Shown here piece by piece: positions 57,339 through 64,000 of a DNA stretch of 64,000 nt. The position numbers and the translations under genes are program-made. Positions within the stretch are counted from its first letter, which is position 1. Each line of letters opens with the position of its first letter. The notes below the pieces were generated by a model. That model was not told the origin of the DNA, made no database searches, and saw only the letters and a program-made list of their open reading frames with translations. The DNA lies in IMG/VR virus record IMGVR_UViG_3300013006_000020, positions 32,001 through 96,000 of that record, one strand, 5' to 3'. The DNA comes from a virus.

Positions 57339-58083
57339 AGGTGTCCAGTTTTAAAGATCCATCTGAGTCTTCGTAAAGAAATGTGCAGTTGTCTTTCTCT
57401 GTCCAGCAGCCGCAGTTAGCATATGTAATATTATTTACAGTATACAACCTTGGTTCGTGCAAATGCCCACAGATAACTCCATCATATTTCTTTTCCTTGG
57501 CGTATTTAATAACAACGCTTTCAAAGCTTTCGATGAACTGGGCCGCTCTCTTTACTTTGATCTTCACATACTTGGAGACAGACCAGTATCGCATTCCCAT
57601 CATTCTTCTGCACCAGTTGAACCAATCATTAATTTCCAATATCAACTCGTATCCATAGTCACCGAGTTTATAAATATAAGAGCTGACTGGAAACTTTGTG
57701 AGGAAATCAAATTGGTGTCCGTGAAGAACAAGAAACTTCTTTCCTGAAGAAGTAGTATATTCTTCTCGTTCACTCAAACTGACATTACCAAAGATATGAT
57801 GACCTGAAAACTTTGCCATGAACTCATCATGATTTCCATAGATGTAATGAATCTTTGTACCCTTACGAGAAAGTTTCAACAATCTTTCGATCACTTCCAT
57901 ATGATGATTTTGTTTCTCAGAATTCATGGAGAAGGCTTGCTTAAACCTCCAAATATCAATAATATCTCCAACCAAAAAGATATTATCAAATTCATTGTTC
58001 TTGAGAAACGCAATTAAAGGTTTTGTTTTAGCTTTTTTAGAAGCTAAATGGAAGTCTGAAAGAAAGACGGTTTTGTAATGCAT
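57325..58083 (-). CDS. LpxH-like (UDP-2,3-diacylglucosamine diphosphatase family) metallophosphoesterase
   Basis: SDFHL, VGDIID, GNHDE, HGHQFD, CGHLH, NCGCW. Confidence 0.8.
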   Translation of the reverse strand: MHYKTVFLSDFHLASKKAKTKPLIAFLKNNEFDNIFLVGDIIDIWRFKQAFSMNSEKQNHHMEVIERLLKLSRKGTKIHYIYGNHDEFMAKFSGHHIFGNVSLSEREEYTTSSGKKFLVLHGHQFDFLTKFPVSSYIYKLGDYGYELILEINDWFNWCRRMMGMRYWSVSKYVKIKVKRAAQFIESFESVVIKYAKEKKYDGVICGHLHEPRLYTVNNITYANCGCWTEKDNCTFLYEDSDGSLKLDTYAIH

Positions 58084-58091
58084 TATATTAT

Positions 58092-58301
58092 TTATTTGTC
58101 TTTTCGGAACCTGTTCATAAATTCACATTTACAATGCTGGAACTCAACTTCATCGGTATGAATGAGAAGCCCATCCCAATCATCGCACCAATGCCATCCA
58201 TCGGCTAGTTCCTGTGCTGTCAGTATGAAGCTCTCATCGCCATCAAATGGCTGCATAAGATAGTCCCAACGCTCTTGGGTCATTTTGTGTTTATTAGTCA
58301 T
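58092..58301 (-). CDS. Hypothetical protein
   Basis: GWHWCDDWDGLLI...CKC; start uncertain. Confidence 0.5.
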   Translation of the reverse strand: MTNKHKMTQERWDYLMQPFDGDESFILTAQELADGWHWCDDWDGLLIHTDEVEFQHCKCEFMNRFRKDK

Positions 58302-58677
58302 CGGTGCGATCCTTATAACAGTCCCACTTTCGTAGGTCGGCATAACGATATGCGGAGATAGTGTTGTCAAAGTTAAATGTCTTGAGATCGCATACTTCTC
58401 GTCTCGCATCGTCGCGCTCAGATCTCAATTCAATTATCTGCGCCAACAATTCATCATGTGCTGTGAAATAAGTTTCGCGTTCTTCCTGCAATTTCTTGTT
58501 CATTAAGCCAACAGGTTCGCAGGCATTACAACAGCCCTCAAAGCCCTCTTTGATTTCGTTAAGTTCATAGGCAAGATGCACAATATCCTCACGGAGTGTT
58601 TTAATCATTTGCAATAGAACATCAGTCGGAGGAACTGTATCACCGTGATCATTGTCGCCTACGAAGTTAACAGCCAT
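58294..58677 (-). CDS. Coiled-coil hypothetical protein
   Basis: GCCNACEPVG; ERDDARREVC...WDCY. Confidence 0.55.
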   Translation of the reverse strand: MAVNFVGDNDHGDTVPPTDVLLQMIKTLREDIVHLAYELNEIKEGFEGCCNACEPVGLMNKKLQEERETYFTAHDELLAQIIELRSERDDARREVCDLKTFNFDNTISAYRYADLRKWDCYKDRTDD

Positions 58678-58784
58678 TAGAGTTCTTTCTTGGATAAACA
58701 AGTACATATAAAAAAATTCCAACACAAATTGATACTACAACTAGTGTTATGACGAGATTGATATGGTAGTTTTCCATGAGAGGG

Positions 58785-58967
58785 TTACTTTCCAAAGGTA
58801 ATAGTGATCTTTTCTGCTATCTGAATACACAACATAAGCATCATAAATGCTGTCCCGAGAAACATAGTGGTGACGGCGACATTCATGATGAGTGCTAGCA
58901 CACCTTGTTCTGGAAAGAGGCTCAAAGTTTTAGTGGAAGTCTTGGTTTTCTTTTTCTTAGTAGTCAT
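58785..58967 (-). CDS. Small membrane protein
   Basis: Basic N-terminus plus TM segment. Confidence 0.5.
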   Translation of the reverse strand: MTTKKKKTKTSTKTLSLFPEQGVLALIMNVAVTTMFLGTAFMMLMLCIQIAEKITITFGK

Positions 58968-59200
58968 TGGTTTTTCTTATCGGTTTTATTGAAATATTCG
59001 CACTTCTCTCGCACTTCTGTCGCACTTTTATTCAAATGAAGAAGCAGATCAGTAGTACTCATTGGATAATGTTTAGTTACTCTTCGCGCCCGTTCTCTAA
59101 TATAAATTGGAACTTTAGGCGTGGCCTTGGAGTTCATTAAATCATACAAGAAAACTCTTGCTGATTCAATCGCTCGTATCATTTCTTCGTTCGTTGTCAT
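58964..59200 (-). CDS. Hypothetical protein (BrnA/BPSL0761-like)
   Basis: ARVFLYDL...TPKVP..IRERARRV.KHYP. Confidence 0.55.
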   Translation of the reverse strand: MTTNEEMIRAIESARVFLYDLMNSKATPKVPIYIRERARRVTKHYPMSTTDLLLHLNKSATEVREKCEYFNKTDKKNQ

Positions 59201-59477
59201 TATTTAAAAATACAGTTTGTATTACTGTGTCTGACGGATCATTACGAGACTCAATTAACGTTGATGATTTTTCAAGAACACCCTTTACCATTGCTTGTGT
59301 CTTTTCAAGACCAATTATTGGAGCAAGTGCATCGGCGGCATCAAGAAAACAGTCCTTTGAAATTTGAGAACAGTATAATATTCTATACGCCAAATCATCG
59401 GTGATCTCTGATTCATCATCATATTCTATCTCTGTTGAGTAATCATCGCCATCAATTTCGAAGTGAACCGATATCAT
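59166..59477 (-). CDS. Hypothetical acidic protein
   Basis: ORF in operon. Confidence 0.5.
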   Translation of the reverse strand: MISVHFEIDGDDYSTEIEYDDESEITDDLAYRILYCSQISKDCFLDAADALAPIIGLEKTQAMVKGVLEKSSTLIESRNDPSDTVIQTVFLNNDNERRNDTSD

Positions 59478-59700
59478 CAATTGTCCTTTCCTCAAGAGCA
59501 ATACAATGAACTATTACACTTTCCTTGTAGTTGATGTCTGCCCATTGATGAGTTGGTTTTACGCTGTAGCTCTTGCCGATTTCTGGAGAGAACTTATTGA
59601 ATCGGCAATACAGCTCATGATGTCCATTGTTGTATTTTGCTGGCTGGTCTACTGAAAAGATTTGAGGGTTTTCTGTTTCGCGCTTTACTTTAACAATCAT
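59452..59700 (-). CDS. Hypothetical protein
   Basis: ORF in operon. Confidence 0.5.
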   Translation of the reverse strand: MIVKVKRETENPQIFSVDQPAKYNNGHHELYCRFNKFSPEIGKSYSVKPTHQWADINYKESVIVHCIALEERTIDDIGSLRN

Positions 59701-59702
59701 TA

Positions 59703-60323
59703 TTATTCTCCAAAGATTTTAGATGTATTGAGTGCAGAATACTTGTACGGCTTGCTCAGCTTTTCGCTCCAGAACGATGGAAGACCCATCTTTACTTTCT
59801 GTGGACGATCAAGTTGATTCGGACAATACAATATAGCCTCTTCTTGTGCAAGCTTGAAGGTCGATGGCATGATGTTGTGATTTTTATGTGCAATAATTTT
59901 CTTGATAATGCTGCCCTGCTTTACCATGTTGAAATCTAGGTTCTTTATGAGCCATGTATCAACATATGACTCCATTCCTTTATTGATCCAACGGGTATCG
60001 CTAGTTGAAAATACAAGAGTAATGTCACGTTGTCTAGCCAGGGAACACATCATCAACAGCGCATCATTGTTTCGTCTTTCATACTTGGGGAATACGAGTT
60101 GTGGTTCGTCAACCCAAATAACACAGTCCGAAACATCCTCAAAAGAAATGGATGGTATATTTTGCACACCACTTCCTTCTAACGCCTCTGGAAACGGGTG
60201 ATCAACAATATAAGTCTTTCTGTCCTTTACAGCAGATAAAATATTAAAACAAGCAGCGGTTTTTCCGCTGCCTGTATTTCCAACGACCGATACGACTTTA
60301 GTTTTATCCCAGTTGAAGCTCAT
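59703..60323 (-). CDS. P-loop ATPase (FtsK/HerA/Zot-like)
   Basis: GNTGSGKT, VIWVDEPQ, ARQR (Arg-finger position). Confidence 0.75.
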   Translation of the reverse strand: MSFNWDKTKVVSVVGNTGSGKTAACFNILSAVKDRKTYIVDHPFPEALEGSGVQNIPSISFEDVSDCVIWVDEPQLVFPKYERRNNDALLMMCSLARQRDITLVFSTSDTRWINKGMESYVDTWLIKNLDFNMVKQGSIIKKIIAHKNHNIMPSTFKLAQEEAILYCPNQLDRPQKVKMGLPSFWSEKLSKPYKYSALNTSKIFGE

Positions 60324-60324
60324 G

Positions 60325-60561
60325 TCACATTGTAGCTTGTGGAATTGCGGACTTAAATCGAACGCCACCATTCTTGCCACGCTTGAATTCAATCTTATCG
60401 CCATACTTTGCGATAATCATATCACGCATGTCATTGGGGTAAATATTGTAAGTTTGTGCAAGTGCTACTAGCTTTGCTGTACCACTGCTAACCATACCTT
60501 CAAATTCACTCCAATTGATTTGAACTACTGACGGATCGTTCTTTGATATTCTCTTCTTCAT
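60325..60561 (-). CDS. Small basic protein (in-frame upstream Cys-rich extension possible)
   Basis: AAGGAG RBS before ATG 60561; FKRGKNGGVRF. Confidence 0.55.
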   Translation of the reverse strand: MKKRISKNDPSVVQINWSEFEGMVSSGTAKLVALAQTYNIYPNDMRDMIIAKYGDKIEFKRGKNGGVRFKSAIPQATM

Positions 60562-60790
60562 CTTATTCTCCTTTGTGTTTTTAGGGGCTTCAATCCAAGC
60601 AATGTCGCGTAAACATTTTACGCATATAGGGCTTACATACTTTCCATACGAAAAAGGTAAATGATCCAACTTCTGATAGCAGTGCCTGCATAAACAACCC
60701 TCAGGCTTTCCTTCATTGTTGGTGGTGACGAGTACCATACTCCCATCACCTTGATTCATATCAGTATAGCTAAATTGTTTCGCTATCTTT

Positions 60791-61207
60791 TTATTTTCGG
60801 TTTTTCTTTGCTCGAATTCTTCCAAGATCTGGTCCAACGAACGGAATATCCATTTTGACTCGGTACTTTGAATAATTGTCATTTAGTGAAATCTCGCTTG
60901 ATATATGACGGATGGATTCCCACGGAAGTAAATACCACGTGTCTGTGATCGGGTTGTATGCCGCCAAGAAATTAAAATCGCCTTCTTCATAAGGAACCTT
61001 TTTATTCCTGCCGGCTTTTTTGCGAATGTCACATCGGAATGATTCTTTGTTTTTGTCATAGTAACATTGTTTTACTTGAATTGTTACAAACTCATCACGT
61101 AGAATACCACGAACCACAAAATCATAATGAAGTTCTTCTAGCAGAGGACGGGCACATTCCCATCCATTTAAATGACAAACAGATGGGAACAACATCTGCG
61201 CGTACAT
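60791..61207 (-). CDS. PD-(D/E)XK endonuclease, group I intron-associated type
   Basis: YDFVV...TIQVK...Y..GDFNFLAAY.P..DTWYLLP; start uncertain. Confidence 0.7.
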   Translation of the reverse strand: MYAQMLFPSVCHLNGWECARPLLEELHYDFVVRGILRDEFVTIQVKQCYYDKNKESFRCDIRKKAGRNKKVPYEEGDFNFLAAYNPITDTWYLLPWESIRHISSEISLNDNYSKYRVKMDIPFVGPDLGRIRAKKNRK

Positions 61208-61221
61208 TCCGCTATTAAACT

Positions 61222-61689
61222 TTAGCTTTTTGCCTTGCGCTTTTGCTTTTGTGGTTTTTGATCGTTGTTGACTTCGTCGAGCAGAAGAAATATTAGTGCT
61301 GTTCGCCATTTATATCCTGGTTTATTGGCACGATAGGTGCCGTTCTTATATTGTAGCGCAGTCCACTCAAGAATGAACTCAATATCCTTTGCTTTTTCCT
61401 GGGAGATTCCGGTTTGTTGAGAAATTACAAAAGCTTCTACGGCAAGCATTGCTGCTGAAACCGTGATTTGTTTTTCCCATTCCTTGTCGTACATCACAAT
61501 CGATTCAAGAACTGTATAGATAAAGGAGAAGCTCTTCTTCAGCTCTTTTGCAATGATGCTGTATTCTCTTTCTGCAGCATTCATCGTTTGGTGATTGCCA
61601 ATCGTGGACTGCATATGAAGCGCTAGGTTAGTGGTGATGTGAACAAAAAGAATTTCAGTTGGAACTGATTTGTCGGACTTTTCAATCAT
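61222..61689 (-). CDS. Hypothetical protein
   Basis: Coupled ORF. Confidence 0.55.
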   Translation of the reverse strand: MIEKSDKSVPTEILFVHITTNLALHMQSTIGNHQTMNAAEREYSIIAKELKKSFSFIYTVLESIVMYDKEWEKQITVSAAMLAVEAFVISQQTGISQEKAKDIEFILEWTALQYKNGTYRANKPGYKWRTALIFLLLDEVNNDQKPQKQKRKAKS

Positions 61690-62096
61690 TATTGCTCTCG
61701 CACATCCTGCTTAAGTTTCTTTGAAACCTCTTTACCTTTTTCCGTGAGGTTTACTACGGTAGCTCCGTCTTCTTTACGAACGACTGAGGCAAGACCCGCT
61801 CTTTCGAGGTCGTGTATCTTGCTTTCAATAAGTATTGCAATTGCCAGCTCACTATCTATTTCTGACAATACTGTATCTAAATTATTTTTTATGAACTTAT
61901 CTATGGCTGAAACCATAGGTGAAACACCAGAAAGATATCTCCAAACTACAGTATAGTAAGCCGCCTTGGCTGAAACCTGTTCTGGAGTAAGCTCACTTTC
62001 TTGTGTCTCAATTTGGGTACAAACAAGACTATATGCAGACATTATATTTTTATAGTCTGCAAATAAAATCTTTTTTGCGTCATTGTACCTTTTCAT
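61689..62096 (-). CDS. Hypothetical protein, C-terminal wHTH-like
   Basis: LERAGLA...VNLTEKGK; GTGTAT at 62111, 15 nt before ATG. Confidence 0.5.
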   Translation of the reverse strand: MKRYNDAKKILFADYKNIMSAYSLVCTQIETQESELTPEQVSAKAAYYTVVWRYLSGVSPMVSAIDKFIKNNLDTVLSEIDSELAIAILIESKIHDLERAGLASVVRKEDGATVVNLTEKGKEVSKKLKQDVREQ

Positions 62097-62650
62097 TAAT
62101 TATTAATACACCTTTTGCCGTCTTCACAAGCTCTAGAAATGACCTGATATATCTTCTGTTTACTGCAATTAATCTTCCTGGCAATAGCATCAATGGTCAT
62201 GTCATCTACAAATCGCATCTTCATAATCTGAGCGTGTTCTGGTTTAATCTTGCCAAGGATTTTCTCAATCTGCTCTACTGACTCATTGATTGATTTTTCC
62301 ATATAAAAGTTCCTAGGTCGCTCTTCAAAAATCTTTGAGGCTACCCTATAAATTTTATTTTTCTTAGTAAGTAGATCCTTTACTACCCCACGACCGCGAT
62401 TAAAGGCGTATGTAGAAAAGTCCGCCTTTTCTGGATCATATCGGAAACGATTTTCCCATAGATCAATATAAATTTCTTGAACCGCATCATCTCTTTCGGA
62501 AATGGGTAGTTTACCAATGAGCGGTCCACTTCTAGGAAATCTATTCTTAATATAGCAAATGATATAATCATTAGCCTGCGTATCGCTCATTTGTACAAAC
62601 ACAGGTCGTCTTTCAAGTGTCGCCATTGTTTTACTCCGTTTCTTTTTCAT
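62096..62650 (-). CDS. Sigma-70-family (ECF-like) sigma factor
   Basis: DDAVQEIYIDLW...YDPEKADFSTYA (region 2); IMKMRF...MTIDAIARKINCSKQKIYQ (region 4). Confidence 0.85.
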   Translation of the reverse strand: MKKKRSKTMATLERRPVFVQMSDTQANDYIICYIKNRFPRSGPLIGKLPISERDDAVQEIYIDLWENRFRYDPEKADFSTYAFNRGRGVVKDLLTKKNKIYRVASKIFEERPRNFYMEKSINESVEQIEKILGKIKPEHAQIMKMRFVDDMTIDAIARKINCSKQKIYQVISRACEDGKRCINN

Positions 62651-62674
62651 CGCGCTCTATCTTTAATGGTCAAG

Positions 62675-62748
62675 CGTTCCCGGTTGGACTCGAACCAACG
62701 ACCTGCCGCTTAGAAGGCGGCTGCTCTATCCAGCTGAGCTACGGGAAC
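62675..62748 (-). tRNA. tRNA-Arg (anticodon TCT), CCA not encoded
   Basis: GTTCCCG/CGGGAAC acceptor, GCCGC-CTTCTAA-GCGGC anticodon arm, GGTTCGAGTCC T-arm. Confidence 0.95.
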
Positions 62749-62754
62749 AGTGCT

Positions 62755-62964
62755 TTAGTATGATACTACACGACATCCATCAAAGATGCCACGCCAAAAC
62801 TCTCGAATTTTCAAAAGTTCTTTTTTTGTGCACTGATATGAAACTGTACTGTATCCATAACTTGAAGAAACATTGAGGTGTTCAATATCAAAATTTTTGA
62901 TTGCTGCACCGAATGTAATCATATCTTCTGGCGTATTTATCTTGACTTCAACTATAGCTGTCAT
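62755..62964 (-). CDS. Hypothetical protein
   Basis: GAGGG RBS, 69 aa. Confidence 0.5.
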   Translation of the reverse strand: MTAIVEVKINTPEDMITFGAAIKNFDIEHLNVSSSYGYSTVSYQCTKKELLKIREFWRGIFDGCRVVSY

Positions 62965-62984
62965 AGTGATCCCTCTCTCATCTT

Positions 62985-63101
62985 ATTAAAGATAAGGCAG
63001 AAAATAACTGCCTTGGACATAAAAAGTGTTACGTGAATAAGAATAGCAGCAGCCATTTCTGATGGCGTCCAGGTCTTTCCGTTTTGATCTGTGAATTCCA
63101 T
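62985..63101 (-). CDS. Small hydrophobic peptide (38 aa)
   Basis: Hand-translated MEFTDQNGKTWTPSEMAAAILIHV; TAATG-coupled. Confidence 0.35.
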
Positions 63102-63667
63102 TAGTTATTTTCCAGTCCCATCTTGTCCATTACTTGCATTAGTGAAATTGGCATATAGTTATTTACATCAACACCAACATCATATCTATTTTTAATTGTA
63201 GAAAATAGCTTACCGTGCGTGTGTCCGTGAAGATGAACCGATCCAAAATTCTGACTACTCCATGACTCAATCGGATAATGCATCAGAATTACTTTTGTGT
63301 GTCGTCTATTCTCAGGCATTGAAAGAAACAAATGCTTTCCTGAAATTTCTTGATATTCGTATATGCCCTTGAATGAAGTAGTTCGATTGTTAGCATATGT
63401 AGCGGATGGGTCGTGATTGCCACACAAAAGATAAACATTCTTGCACTTAATGCGATCAAGAATTCTATTTACCTCAGTCTCCCATCTCTTTCCATTTGAG
63501 TGAAAACAAAAGTCACCAAGATGATAAAGATCATCACGCTCACTAACCATTGAGTTAATGTTATTTACAATAACTTCTTCCATTTGCTCCATTGAAGAAA
63601 ATGGTCTATTGCAGTACTTAATAATGTTTGAGTGCCCAAAGTGTGTGTCAGATGTTAGCCAGATCAT
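63101..63667 (-). CDS. Calcineurin-like metallophosphoesterase
   Basis: TSDTHFGH, HLGDF, GNHD, MHYP, HGHTH, DVGVD. Confidence 0.9.
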   Translation of the reverse strand: MIWLTSDTHFGHSNIIKYCNRPFSSMEQMEEVIVNNINSMVSERDDLYHLGDFCFHSNGKRWETEVNRILDRIKCKNVYLLCGNHDPSATYANNRTTSFKGIYEYQEISGKHLFLSMPENRRHTKVILMHYPIESWSSQNFGSVHLHGHTHGKLFSTIKNRYDVGVDVNNYMPISLMQVMDKMGLENN

Positions 63668-63784
63668 GTTAATTTAAATCAGTATGCTGTAGAAATAACC
63701 GCAGCAGCAACAAGCAGCATTGGTATTATTACAAAGAAAATGGTAATTATTATAGCTGTATATGAAACTACTTCTTCAAAAATT

Positions 63785-63979
63785 TCAGCTTTTGTTTTTC
63801 TTCTTTGGGTAGTTTGGGTATCCCCAGTCCCGTGGTTCTGTAACTGCTTTTTCTTTGTCACAAAATCCACATATTCCTGTATGGTATGTTGATACTCGTA
63901 TTGCTTTTTTGGCATTTATTTCTTTCGCGCAGTCATTGCAGATCCACGCGGGATAATTATCTTCGGTGAATTTTTTCAT
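63785..63979 (-). CDS. Small Zn-ribbon protein
   Basis: ICNDC...STYHTGICGFC...VTEPRDWGY. Confidence 0.6.
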   Translation of the reverse strand: MKKFTEDNYPAWICNDCAKEINAKKAIRVSTYHTGICGFCDKEKAVTEPRDWGYPNYPKKKNKS

Positions 63980-63982
63980 AAA

Positions 63983-64000
63983 TAGGGCCGGTGGGATTCG
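63983..64000 (-). tRNA. 3' end of a tRNA truncated by the window edge (identity unknown)
   Basis: Minus strand CGAATCCCAC-CGGCCCT-A = T-loop/T-stem, acceptor 3' strand, discriminator. Confidence 0.6.

Noticed and set aside
1-64000. Stop-codon reassignment
   Set aside because: Conserved genes are full length and tightly coupled in the standard code; TAA, TGA and TAG all end genes; no suppressor tRNA seen

Overview
64 kb of a large, AT-rich, densely coding tailed-phage genome; no cellular housekeeping context is visible. 1-13 kb (+): virion tail module (5'-truncated tape measure, tail-tip/baseplate-like proteins, holin-like gene). 13-64 kb (mostly -): replication, recombination and nucleotide genes (Rad52/Sak-like, SSB, DnaQ, a DnaE split into two separate genes, Cas4-like nuclease, dNMP kinase, DnaG, DnaB, RecA, dUTPase, class II RNR, ThyX), many glycosyl- and methyltransferases, a sigma-70-family factor, tRNA-Arg(TCT) and a truncated second tRNA. 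This arm is interrupted by three islands (23.2-31.3, 46.4-50.9, 53.5-55.1 kb) whose genes follow a recurring GTGTAT+AT-rich promoter-like motif that also precedes tail genes, often 14-16 nt before the start codon (leaderless-mRNA geometry). Best candidate for an undescribed system: the island genes encode otherwise unrelated proteins (Cys-rich proteins, pore-former-like hydrophobic proteins, and a mosaic 4-gene array with a constant GACC Cys module) that share an N-terminal amphipathic helix ending in Ala, often followed by PxPTx[LF]. This suggests a tag-directed, diversifying virion cargo system. All family assignments come from motif recognition by eye; no searches were run.
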